Shown here: positions 36,800-45,665 of the stretch, piece after piece
Numbering within the stretch: position 1 is the stretch's first letter
Layout: every line of letters starts with the position of its first letter
From: an uncultured Hyphomicrobiales bacterium
GTDB lineage: Bacteria; Pseudomonadota; Alphaproteobacteria; Rhizobiales; Devosiaceae
Direction: 5' to 3'
DNA: 64,000 nt
Assembly (NCBI GenBank): GCA_903842455.1
Contig: CAIMLX010000266.1
Span: 648-64,647 of the forward strand
Notes under the pieces: generated by a model
Seen by the model: the letters and a program-made list of their open reading frames with translations, nothing else
Databases searched by the model: none
What the model was told of the DNA's origin: nothing
Translations under genes and position numbers: made by a program

Positions 36800-37633
36800 A
36801 TGCAGATCGACTCCCTCCCCCCGCTGCGCGAAGTGATCGCGACCCACGGGCTGCGCGCCAAGAAGGAGCTCGGGCAGAACTTCCTGCTCGATCTCAACCT
36901 CACCTCGCGTATCGCCCGCGTCGCCGCCCCGCTAGACGCTGTCACCGTCATCGAGGTCGGCCCCGGCCCCGGCGGCCTGACGCGAGCCCTCCTCGCCGAG
37001 GGTGCGAGGAAGGTCATCGCCATCGAGCGGGACGAGCGCGCCCTGCCCGCCCTTGCCGAAATCGCCGCAGCCTATCCCGGCCGGCTGGAGATCATCTCCG
37101 GGGATGCGCTGGAAATCGACTACGCCAAGCTCGCCGACGGCCCGACCAAGCTCGTCTCCAACCTGCCCTACAATATCGGCACGGAGCTGCTGACGCGCTG
37201 GCTGACCGTCGAGCCGTGGCCGCCGTTCTTCGAGAGCCTGACGCTGATGTTCCAGCGCGAAGTGGCCGAGCGCATCGTGGCAAAGCCGGGTGATGATGCC
37301 TACGGGCGGCTCGGCGTGCTCTGCGGCTGGCGCACCGAGGCCCGCATCGCCTTCAATGTCGGCCGCGAGGCCTTCACCCCGCCGCCGAAAATTACCTCCA
37401 GCGTCGTGCATCTGCGCCCCAAGACGCTCACCGACGGCGTTCGCGCCCGCGACCTCGAAGCGGTCACCCGCGCTGCCTTCGGGCAGCGCCGCAAGATGGT
37501 GCGGCAGAGCCTCAAGTCGCTGGGCGTGCCGATGGAGCCGCTGCTCGCAGCGGGAGGGCTCGAGGGCAGCGAGCGGGCGGAGGAGTTACCGGTCGAGACC
37601 TTCCTCAAGCTGGCACAGGCGCGACGCGGATGA
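36800..37633 (+). CDS. rsmA: 16S rRNA (adenine1518/1519-N6)-dimethyltransferase
   Basis: ATG 36800, with motifs [20 protein letters not shown] and SNLPYNIGT. The upstream 118 codons in the ORF track are rejected. Confidence 0.95.
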   Translation: MQIDSLPPLREVIATHGLRAKKELGQNFLLDLNLTSRIARVAAPLDAVTVIEVGPGPGGLTRALLAEGARKVIAIERDERALPALAEIAAAYPGRLEIISGDALEIDYAKLADGPTKLVSNLPYNIGTELLTRWLTVEPWPPFFESLTLMFQREVAERIVAKPGDDAYGRLGVLCGWRTEARIAFNVGREAFTPPPKITSSVVHLRPKTLTDGVRARDLEAVTRAAFGQRRKMVRQSLKSLGVPMEPLLAAGGLEGSERAEELPVETFLKLAQARRG

Positions 37634-37902
37634 GCGGCGCCTTCGCTGTCTTCGCCGGCTTGCTGTGCTTTGCGATCCCGCTTGCGGTGCCGCTGTTCGT
37701 CCAGCGCTGGCGCACCTTCGCGATCATCGTCGCGCTTGCCGTGGCGTTCTTTGCCTGGCTCACCTGGGATATCGAGCGCACCGGTGGCGTGCACTGGATC
37801 GGCTCGTTCCTCGGCGGGCTGATGCTCTTCGGCTTTGCCGCCGGAGCCATCGCAAAGTTCGTGATGCTGGTGGGTCGCCGACCGGACCGGGCCGAGCCCT
37901 AG
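37630..37902 (+). CDS. Small hypothetical membrane protein (3 TM)
   Basis: 90 aa with an ATGA overlap with the rsmA stop and three hydrophobic helices. Support is ORF, coupling and composition only. Confidence 0.55.
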   Translation: MSGAFAVFAGLLCFAIPLAVPLFVQRWRTFAIIVALAVAFFAWLTWDIERTGGVHWIGSFLGGLMLFGFAAGAIAKFVMLVGRRPDRAEP

Positions 37903-38192
37903 CCGTTCAGCGTCGGCTTGCCGACGCCGCCGTCTGCATCCACCGGCAGTTCCGCCACCGTCACGGTGCGCTTGAGAATATGCGCGGCCTTGGTCAGCAG
38001 CGCCGTCTTCACCTCGGCGGGGGTCATCTTGTCGTCGGTGTTGGCCCAGACCTTCAGGGTGAGGTCGTGGTCGAAGGTCTCGCGCGAGCGGACTTCGCGC
38101 AACATCACCTTCACCTTGGCCTGGGTACGGTCCTTGAGCGTCGGATGGCGCCGCATCTCGTCGATGCTGCACGCCTTGATTTCGAATGGCAT
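37899..38192 (-). CDS. Hypothetical soluble protein (97 aa)
   Basis: ATG with GGGGGA 7 nt upstream and balanced, non-shadow-like amino-acid composition (MPFEIKACSIDEMRRHPTLKDRTQ...). No family recognised. Confidence 0.5.
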   Translation of the reverse strand: MPFEIKACSIDEMRRHPTLKDRTQAKVKVMLREVRSRETFDHDLTLKVWANTDDKMTPAEVKTALLTKAAHILKRTVTVAELPVDADGGVGKPTLNG

Positions 38193-38258
38193 GATTCAGT
38201 CCCCCGCAACAGCGAGCCTCCGCCTGTTCTGGGCGGATGAAAATTGTTCTAAATGCAA

Positions 38259-38287
38259 TCATCCACAGCCCGTGGGACTTATCCACA
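38259..38287. promoter_or_regulatory. Two DnaA-box-like 9-mers in direct orientation
   Basis: TCATCCACA (38259-38267, one mismatch) and a perfect TTATCCACA (38279-38287) have starts 20 bp apart, in a locally AT-rich intergenic region upstream of the 97-aa gene. Confidence 0.4.
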
Positions 38288-38344
38288 ATAGGCTGGCAAT
38301 AGAGCTAAGACTTTACCTTAACAGGCGCCGCTTTTTGCTGCAGT

Positions 38345-38983
38345 TCAAAGCGCGTCGATCTGTTCCTGCAGGTCGCGCACAAAGTCGTCGAGTTCGTTGA
38401 AACGCGATCGGGCCAGGCGGGCTGAGGCCAGTATCGTCCGCACCCGGCTGGTCGAGTCCTCGAGGTCCTCGTTGACCAGCACATAGTCGTACTCACGGTA
38501 ATGGTCCATTTCGAGCCGGGCATTGCGCAGCCGCTTCTCGATCGTCCCCTCACTGTCCTGGGCACGGCGATCGAGGCGCTTGCGCAACTCCTTGATCGAA
38601 GGCGGCAGGATGAAGATCGTCACCATGTCGGCGCGGCACTTCTCGTAGAGCTGCAGCGTGCCTTGGAAATCGATGTCGAACAGGATGTCGCGGCCGTTGC
38701 CGAGCCGCTCCTCGACCCGGCTGCGCGGCGTGCCGTAGAAATTGCCGTGCACCTCGGCGCTTTCCAGCAGTTCGCCGGCCGCACGCATCCGCTCAAACTC
38801 CGGAACATCGATGAAGTGGTAGTGCTTGCCTTCGATCTCGTCGGTGCGCCGCGCCCGTGTCGTCACCGAGACCGACAGCGCAATGTTCGGATCGTCCTCG
38901 AACAGCGCCCGCGAAATGGAAGATTTGCCCGCCCCCGAAGGCGAGGCCAGCACCAGCATCACTCCGCGTCTCGTGAAGTCCAT
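38345..38983 (-). CDS. gmk: Guanylate kinase
   Basis: P-loop ASPSGAGKSS plus YHFID and GTP... Confidence 0.95.
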   Translation of the reverse strand: MDFTRRGVMLVLASPSGAGKSSISRALFEDDPNIALSVSVTTRARRTDEIEGKHYHFIDVPEFERMRAAGELLESAEVHGNFYGTPRSRVEERLGNGRDILFDIDFQGTLQLYEKCRADMVTIFILPPSIKELRKRLDRRAQDSEGTIEKRLRNARLEMDHYREYDYVLVNEDLEDSTSRVRTILASARLARSRFNELDDFVRDLQEQIDAL

Positions 38984-38986
38984 CGT

Positions 38987-39880
38987 CTACTCGATATTCT
39001 GGATCTGCTCGCGCAACTGGTCGATCACGGCCTTCAAATCCAGCCCGATGGCGGTCAGCGCCACGTCGTTGGATTTGCTGCACAGGGTATTCGCCTCGCG
39101 GTTAAATTCCTGTGACAGGAAATCCAGCTTGCGACCCGCCGGACCACCGCCGGCCAGCAACGCCCGCGCCGCGGCGATATGGGCGCCCAGCCGATCGAGT
39201 TCCTCGCGGATATCGGCCTTGGTGGCCAGCAGCATTGCTTCCTGCGCCAGCCGTTCCTCCGACAGCGTCGGCGAGGCCTCGGTCAGTTCGACAATCTGCA
39301 GGCGCAGGCGGGCGAGGATCGCGTCGCGGCTCCGGCCGGGGTGCAGTTCGGCGGCCTTGGTCAGCGCGGCAATCTCATCGACCCGCTCCGACAGGATGGC
39401 AGCGATGCGAGCCCCCTCTTCCGCCCGCGCCGCCACGAGCGCGGCGAGCGCCTCGTCCACAGCCGTCAGGATAGCGCTGCCGAGCGCCTCTTCCTCATCG
39501 GCCGACATCGGCGTTTCGTGCTGCTCGAGCACGCCCTTCAGCCCCATGATGCCATCAAGGGTGGGCCGTTGCGCCTCGACGCGCGCTTCGAGCCAGCGAA
39601 AACCCTCGAGCACCGCTTCGAGCGCCTGGTGGTTGACCACGACGCGGCCACCTTCGCCCTCGCGATCGACGCTGAGCGAGACCGTCAGCGAGCCGCGGTT
39701 CACGCTCTTGCCGATGCGGCGCCGGATTTCCGGCTCCAGGGCGTCGAACCCGGGGGCGAGCCGCACCCGCATGTCGAGGCCGCGGCCATTCACCGACTTC
39801 AGTTCAACCACGAAGTTGACGCCAGGCAACGAGCCATGCGACCGGCCGTAGCCGGTCATGCTGGAAAGTGCTGCCATCAA
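38987..39880 (-). CDS. YicC-family stress-induced protein
   Basis: N-terminal SMTGYGRS, C-terminal DLKAVIDQLREQIQNIE, in the conserved position next to gmk. Confidence 0.9.
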   Translation of the reverse strand: MMAALSSMTGYGRSHGSLPGVNFVVELKSVNGRGLDMRVRLAPGFDALEPEIRRRIGKSVNRGSLTVSLSVDREGEGGRVVVNHQALEAVLEGFRWLEARVEAQRPTLDGIMGLKGVLEQHETPMSADEEEALGSAILTAVDEALAALVAARAEEGARIAAILSERVDEIAALTKAAELHPGRSRDAILARLRLQIVELTEASPTLSEERLAQEAMLLATKADIREELDRLGAHIAAARALLAGGGPAGRKLDFLSQEFNREANTLCSKSNDVALTAIGLDLKAVIDQLREQIQNIE

Positions 39881-41013
39881 TTGCTCTCGACGGCTTCGCC
39901 CGCGTCCTCAGCCGCCTCGGCCTCGAGCTCTTCGCGGGCCGCTTCCGCCTCGGCCTCGGCAGCCGCCTTGCGGTAGAGCGCGACGTTCTTGCGATGGTCC
40001 GCATAGGTCGGGGCAAACAGGTGCCCATCCGCCGGATTCGCAGATTTGGCAACAAAGTACAGGTCGTTGGTCGGCACCGGGCGGGCCACGGCGCGCAACG
40101 CTTCCTCACCCGGATTGGCGATCGGGCCGGGCGGCAGACCGTCGATCTGGTAGGTGTTGTAGGGCGTCGCCTGCTTCAGCTCGGCCGAGGTCGGGGAGCG
40201 GTTCAGCACCACCTTGCCCTCGGTCACGCCGTAGAGCACCGTCGGGTCGGTCTGCAGCCGCATCTTCTTGCGCAGCCGGTTGATGAACACCGAGGCCACC
40301 TGCGGCCGCTCGGAGGCGAGCCCGGTTTCCTTCTCCACGATCGAGGCCAGCGTGACCATCTCCTCGGGCGACTTGATCACGTCGTCGATCGATGTGTCGC
40401 GGCTGTCCCAGATCTCCTGCAGCTTCGCCTTCATCTGCGCCTGCATCTTGTCGAGCACCGCCTGGCGGGCATCGCCCGGCAGGAAGTCGTAGCGGATGGC
40501 GAGCAGCGAGCCTTCGGGCGGTACCGGCACGGGATCACCGGTGAGGTTCGGGCCGACCTCGTTGAGCTTCTGTGCCACGGAGTACGACGTTTCGCCCGGA
40601 ATGACGTTGACGAAGAAGTCGAGCGGCTCGCCCTCGGTCAGTTCCTTGAGGATGTCGGCCATCGAGGCGTTGGCCTTCAGCACGTAGACGCCCGCCTTGA
40701 GCGACGACTGCTTCTTCATGGCATAGGAGCCGGCCCGGAAGATCAGCGAGCTGGGGATCAGCTGCCCATCGGGCAGCAGGCCCTTTTCCTCGAGCAGTTG
40801 CGCCGTGGTGTTGAGCGAGGTGCCCTTCTCGACCTGGAAAGTGCTTTCAACCGGCACTGCGCCCGGCGCGTAAAACTGGTTCGCGCCATAGAGGAACAGC
40901 CCGACCACCGCGAGAATGCCGAACACCACGATGCTCAGCAGCGCATTGACGATGTCGATGAACCCGCCGCGGCGGCGGCGTCTCTGCCGCTTCTCGGTGC
41001 GCTCGTTGGCCAT
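39877..41013 (-). CDS. mltG: Endolytic murein transglycosylase MltG (YceG-like)
   Basis: Start ATG 41013. It has a basic N-terminus plus a TM helix (IVNALLSIVVFGILAVVGLFLY), LASIVEKETG, and an Ala/Glu-rich tail. Confidence 0.9.
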   Translation of the reverse strand: MANERTEKRQRRRRRGGFIDIVNALLSIVVFGILAVVGLFLYGANQFYAPGAVPVESTFQVEKGTSLNTTAQLLEEKGLLPDGQLIPSSLIFRAGSYAMKKQSSLKAGVYVLKANASMADILKELTEGEPLDFFVNVIPGETSYSVAQKLNEVGPNLTGDPVPVPPEGSLLAIRYDFLPGDARQAVLDKMQAQMKAKLQEIWDSRDTSIDDVIKSPEEMVTLASIVEKETGLASERPQVASVFINRLRKKMRLQTDPTVLYGVTEGKVVLNRSPTSAELKQATPYNTYQIDGLPPGPIANPGEEALRAVARPVPTNDLYFVAKSANPADGHLFAPTYADHRKNVALYRKAAAEAEAEAAREELEAEAAEDAGEAVESN

Positions 41014-41131
41014 CGTTATCAACCCTTCCCAGAGAGCCCGGTGACCGGACGAGCGGACTAATCGCAAGACTATGACAACAGTAGGAACGCACCAGCCGGG
41101 TCGAGCCCGGCCGGCGCTGTCCCCTTGGGGG

Positions 41132-42400
41132 TCAGTGCACCTTGCGGAAGATCAGCGAGGCGTTGGTGCCGCCAAAGCCGAACGAGTTCGACAGTGCGAT
41201 GTCGATCTGCTTTTTCAGCGGCTTGTGCGGCACGAGGTTGATCACGCTCTCGACCGACGGGTTGTCGAGGTTGATCGTCGGCGGCGCGATGTTGTCGCGC
41301 ATGGCGAGCAGGCTGAAGATCGCCTCCACCGCACCGGCGGCGCCGAGCAGGTGCCCGATCGCAGACTTGGTGGAACTCATGGCGGCATTCGGCGCCGCGT
41401 CGCCCAGCAGGCGCGTCACGGCCCCCAGTTCGATCTCGTCGCCGAGCGGCGTCGAAGTGCCATGCGCGTTGATGTAGTCGATATCCGACGCCGCGATGCC
41501 GGCGCGCTTGACTGCCGCCTGCATGGCCCGGAAGCCGCCATCGCCATCCTCGGACGGGGCGGTGATGTGATATGCGTCGCCCGACAGGCCGTAGCCCACG
41601 ACTTCGCCATAGATATGGGCGCCGCGAGCCTTGGCCCGATCGTATTCCTCGAGCACCACCACGCCAGCCCCTTCGCCCATCACGAAGCCGTCGCGATCCT
41701 TGTCATAGGGCCGCGACCCCTTTTCGGGCGCATCGTTGAAGGCGGTCGAAAGCGCCCGGGTGGCCGAAAAGCCAGCGAGAGCGATGCGGTTGACGCAGCT
41801 CTCCGCGCCACCCGCCACCATCACGTCGGCGTCGCCCATGGCGATCAGCCGCCAGCTGTCGCCGATGGCATGCGCCCCGGTCGAGCAGGCGGTCACTACC
41901 GAATGGTTCGGGCCTTTGAGGCCGTGCTTGATCGAGACGTAGCCCGAGGCGAGATTGATCAGACGGCCGGGAATGAAGAACGGGCTGACGCGGCGCGGGC
42001 CCTTCTCGTGCAGGATGATCGAGGTCTCGTAGATGCCACCGAGGCCGCCGATGCCCGAGCCGATCAGGGTGCCGATACGCACCTTCTCTTCCTCGGTCTT
42101 CGGCGCCACGCCGGCGTCGTCGATGGCCTGCTGGGCTGCCGCCATGGCGTAGATGATGAACGGATCAACCTTGCGCTGATCCTTCACATCCATCCATTCG
42201 TCGGCGTTGAACCTGCCCTCGGCGTAGTCGCCGAGGGGTACCCGATGCGCGATCTGGCATGCCAGATCGTCGACCCGGAAGTCATCGATGCGCTTGGCAC
42301 CGCTCTTGCTGGCAAGGATGTTGGACCAGGTGGCTTCCACCCCGCAGCCCAAAGGGCTGACGATCCCCATCCCGGTGACGACGACGCGGCGCAATTCCAT
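41132..42400 (-). CDS. fabF: Beta-ketoacyl-ACP synthase II
   Basis: Motifs ACSTGAHAIGD (active-site Cys), HGTSTPLGD and NSFGFGGTNASL. Confidence 0.97.
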   Translation of the reverse strand: MELRRVVVTGMGIVSPLGCGVEATWSNILASKSGAKRIDDFRVDDLACQIAHRVPLGDYAEGRFNADEWMDVKDQRKVDPFIIYAMAAAQQAIDDAGVAPKTEEEKVRIGTLIGSGIGGLGGIYETSIILHEKGPRRVSPFFIPGRLINLASGYVSIKHGLKGPNHSVVTACSTGAHAIGDSWRLIAMGDADVMVAGGAESCVNRIALAGFSATRALSTAFNDAPEKGSRPYDKDRDGFVMGEGAGVVVLEEYDRAKARGAHIYGEVVGYGLSGDAYHITAPSEDGDGGFRAMQAAVKRAGIAASDIDYINAHGTSTPLGDEIELGAVTRLLGDAAPNAAMSSTKSAIGHLLGAAGAVEAIFSLLAMRDNIAPPTINLDNPSVESVINLVPHKPLKKQIDIALSNSFGFGGTNASLIFRKVH

Positions 42401-42424
42401 CGAAAGCTTGCCGTAGCTGTCGGC

Positions 42425-42661
42425 TTAGCCGACGGCCTTCGTCAGGTAGGCGACAGCATCGCCGAAGGTCTGGATCGATTCCGCGGCATCGTCCGGGATC
42501 TCGACGTTGAACTCTTCTTCGAAAGCCATCACCAGCTCGACCTGATCGAGCGAGTCGGCGCCCAGATCATCGATGAAGCTGGCCTTATCGACGACCTTTT
42601 CCGCATCGACGTTGAGGTGTTCGACAACGATCTTGCGGACGCGATCAGCGACTTCGCTCAT
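42425..42661 (-). CDS. acpP: Acyl carrier protein
   Basis: 78 aa with [19 protein letters not shown] (phosphopantetheine Ser). Confidence 0.97.
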   Translation of the reverse strand: MSEVADRVRKIVVEHLNVDAEKVVDKASFIDDLGADSLDQVELVMAFEEEFNVEIPDDAAESIQTFGDAVAYLTKAVG

Positions 42662-42873
42662 ATCTGACTTCCCTTGTTACCAGACTACTTTGTTTCGTGA
42701 CTACTCGGCCCGCGAGGTGCTGGACCCTGCCGCCGTTCGCGGCCGACTGTAGGACAGGGGTCCAAGCTCTCGCAAGGGTCGTTCCTGCCTGAAATCAGCG
42801 CGGGGCGTAACATACTTCCCTGGCCTTTGCCATATTCCGTGATCGCCGGATTCCCCCGGGTCCACGGCATTCT

Positions 42874-43614
42874 TCAGAGCATCAGCATTCCGCCATTGAC
42901 GTTCATCGTGTGTCCGGTGACGTATCCGGCCTCGTTGGACGCGAGGAAGACCACCGCGGCGGCGACTTCCTCGGGATTGCCCAACCGGCCAGCTGGCACC
43001 TTGAGCAGAATGCTTTCGCGCTGCTTATCGTTCAATTCTTCCGTCATCGCCGAGCCGATAAAGCCCGGCGCCACGGTGTTGACCGTGATGTTGCGCGAGG
43101 CAACCTCGTAGGCCAATGCCTTGCTCATGCCGATCAAGCCGGCCTTGGACGCCGCATAGTTGCCCTGCCCGGGGTTGCCGACCACGCCCACCACCGAAGT
43201 GATACCGATGACGCGGCCGAAGCGCTGCTTCATCATGCCACGCAGCACTGCGCGGGTGAGGTGGAAGGCCGAGGTGAGGTTGACCGCAATGACCTCGTCC
43301 CACTCTTCGTCCTTCATACGCATGAACAGGTTGTCGCGGGTGACGCCGGCATTATTGACGAGGATGTCGATACCGCCCAGTGCCGCTTCGGCAGCGGGCA
43401 CCAGCTTGTCGACCGCATCGAGGTCCGAGAGATTGGTCGGGATGATCGGATGATCGCCGCCGCCCAGGGCCGCCTTCGTCTCCTCCAGCGCCCCCACCCG
43501 AGTGCCGCTGAGTGCGACGCGCGCGCCGTGCGAGGCCAGCGCCTTGGCAATCTCGCGGCCGATGCCGCCCGAAGCCCCGGTGACGAGGGCACGTTTGCCA
43601 GTGAGATCAAACAT
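42874..43614 (-). CDS. fabG: 3-oxoacyl-ACP reductase
   Basis: Start ATG 43614 (MFDLTGKRALVTGASGGIGREIA) with YAASKAGLIGMSKALA. The 63-codon upstream extension is rejected. Confidence 0.97.
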   Translation of the reverse strand: MFDLTGKRALVTGASGGIGREIAKALASHGARVALSGTRVGALEETKAALGGGDHPIIPTNLSDLDAVDKLVPAAEAALGGIDILVNNAGVTRDNLFMRMKDEEWDEVIAVNLTSAFHLTRAVLRGMMKQRFGRVIGITSVVGVVGNPGQGNYAASKAGLIGMSKALAYEVASRNITVNTVAPGFIGSAMTEELNDKQRESILLKVPAGRLGNPEEVAAAVVFLASNEAGYVTGHTMNVNGGMLML

Positions 43615-43640
43615 TTGGCGGCTCCTTCGCAGAGTCTGAT

Positions 43641-44603
43641 TCAGTTGAGCGTCGCAAGGAACGCATCCACATCGGCCGGCGTACCGATCGACACCACCGG
43701 CGTCTCGGGCACGATGCGCTTGGCGAGACCGGCGAGCACCTTGCCCGAGCCGAGCTCGACCAGTTGCGTCACGCCGCCATCCTTCACCAGCCAGGTCACG
43801 CACTCGGTCCAGCGCACCATGCCGGTGACCTGCTCGACGAGCCGCTTCTTGATCTCTTCGGGATCGCTGATCGGCGCGGCAATCACGTTGGCTACCAACG
43901 GCACGACCGGCGCATTGATGGACACTTCGTTCAGTGCCTGAGCCATGGCGTCGGCCGCGGGCTGCATCAGCGCGCAGTGGAACGGCGCCGATACCGGCAG
44001 CGGCAGCGCGCGCTTGGCACCCGCGGCCTTGAGCAGCTCGATGGCGCGGTTCACCGCCGCGACATGGCCGGAAATGACCACCTGCCCAGGCGCATTGTCG
44101 TTGGCGACGCCGCAGACGTTGCCCTCCGCCGCCTCGTTCACAGCCTTCAGCACCGTTTCGAGGTCGAGCCCGAGGATCGCCGCCATGGCGCCCTGCCCCA
44201 CCGGCACCGCCTGCTGCATCGCCTGGCCGCGGATCTTCAGCAGCCGCGCCGCATCGCCGAGCGAGAACGCCTCGGCGGCGGCCAGTGCCGAATACTCGCC
44301 CAGCGAATGCCCAGCGACGAAGGCCGCATGATCCTTGAGCGCAAAGCCGCGGCTCGCCAGCACGCGCGTTACCGCGACGGAGACCGCCATCAGCGCCGGC
44401 TGAGCGTTCTGGGTCAGCTTCAGCGTCTCGTCCGGCCCCTCGAACATGATGGCCGAAAGCTTCTGCCCGAGCGCCTCATCGACTTCGGCGAAGACGTTGC
44501 GCGCTTCCTGGTAGGTGGCCGCGAGGTCCTTGCCCATGCCCACGGCCTGGCTGCCCTGGCCGGGGAAAGTGAATGCGCGCTTGGTCACGGGAGCCTCCGC
44601 CAT
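43641..44603 (-). CDS. fabD: Malonyl-CoA:ACP transacylase
   Basis: Motifs FPGQGSQAVGM and GHSLGEYSALAAA. Confidence 0.95.
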   Translation of the reverse strand: MAEAPVTKRAFTFPGQGSQAVGMGKDLAATYQEARNVFAEVDEALGQKLSAIMFEGPDETLKLTQNAQPALMAVSVAVTRVLASRGFALKDHAAFVAGHSLGEYSALAAAEAFSLGDAARLLKIRGQAMQQAVPVGQGAMAAILGLDLETVLKAVNEAAEGNVCGVANDNAPGQVVISGHVAAVNRAIELLKAAGAKRALPLPVSAPFHCALMQPAADAMAQALNEVSINAPVVPLVANVIAAPISDPEEIKKRLVEQVTGMVRWTECVTWLVKDGGVTQLVELGSGKVLAGLAKRIVPETPVVSIGTPADVDAFLATLN

Positions 44604-44696
44604 TGTTCTTGCTTGTCGGCAAACTAGGCCGCGACCGGACGCCCGTCCAGTTGGCGGCGGCGTGTGCCTGTGGGGTAAGGCAAAGTCAAGGCGGGG

Positions 44697-45665
44697 TCAG
44701 TCGAACTTCACCGCCGTCGTGTTGGCGCCGCAGAGCAGCACGCCGACCCGTTCGTCTTTCGCCGGCCGGTACTTGCCCGACAGCAGCGCCCCCATGGCAG
44801 CGGCCCCGCCGGGCTCGGCGACGAGCCGCAGCATGTCCCAGATGCTCCGCTGCGCCGCAACGATCTCGTCGTCGGTGAGCAGCACCGGCTTCTCCAGGGC
44901 GCCAGAGAGCGCGAAGCACAGGCTGCCGATCCGCCGCGCGCCGAGGCTATCGGCGGCGATACCGCTCACCGGCACATCGACCGGCGCGCCGGCCTCCATC
45001 GCTCGCGCCAAAGTCGCGGCGTTTTCGGGCTCAACCCCGACGATCTTCACCTTGCCCGCCAGCGCCGCCGCGATGCCGCCGATCAGCCCGCCACCGCCCA
45101 CCGCCACCAGCAGCGTATCGAGCTCCGGGCTCTGCTCGAGCCACTCGAGCCCGACCGTCCCTTGCCCGCTGAGGGTATGGAACCCGTCATAGGCATGCAC
45201 CTCGGCAAACCCGCGCTCAGTTGCGAAGGCATGGCCGGCCGCATAGGCATCGACATAGGTATCGCCGCCCACCACGATCTCGGCACCATACTGCCGGATG
45301 CGGGCGATTTTGGCCGGCGACGAGATCGAGGGCACATAGATGTGCGCCTTGATCCCCAGCGCCCGCGCCGCATAGGCCACCGCCGCCCCATGATTGCCGC
45401 CCGACGCTGCGACGACGCCCTTGTCGGTCCCGTCCCGCATCAGCAGGTTGGCAAACGCCCCCCGCGCCTTGAACGTCCCCGAATGCTGCATGAACTCAAG
45501 CTTGAAGGTCAGCGGCGCGCCGGTGAGCCCGAAATCCGCCGCAGCGGTGGTGAACACCGGCGTGGTGCGGATATACGGCCGGATCACCGGCTCGGCGGCG
45601 AGAATGGACGTGCGGTCCGGGATGGTCATGTTCGTCTGGGGCTCGCTGGAGAGGTCCCCGATCAT
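44697..45665 (-). CDS. PLP-dependent threonine/serine dehydratase family protein (fold type II)
   Basis: FKLEFMQHSGTFKARGA carries the PLP Lys, with ASGGNHGAAVAYAA and GGGGLIGG. The ATGA overlaps the upstream GT2 gene. Confidence 0.85.
   Translation of the reverse strand: MIGDLSSEPQTNMTIPDRTSILAAEPVIRPYIRTTPVFTTAAADFGLTGAPLTFKLEFMQHSGTFKARGAFANLLMRDGTDKGVVAASGGNHGAAVAYAARALGIKAHIYVPSISSPAKIARIRQYGAEIVVGGDTYVDAYAAGHAFATERGFAEVHAYDGFHTLSGQGTVGLEWLEQSPELDTLLVAVGGGGLIGGIAAALAGKVKIVGVEPENAATLARAMEAGAPVDVPVSGIAADSLGARRIGSLCFALSGALEKPVLLTDDEIVAAQRSIWDMLRLVAEPGGAAAMGALLSGKYRPAKDERVGVLLCGANTTAVKFD

Noticed and set aside
38193-38344. Chromosomal origin of replication at the DnaA-box pair
   Set aside because: Only two boxes are present. 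There is no extended AT-rich unwinding element, no cluster of five or more boxes, and none of the usual alphaproteobacterial oriC neighbours (hemE, parAB, dnaA) in the window. A regulatory DnaA site is more plausible.
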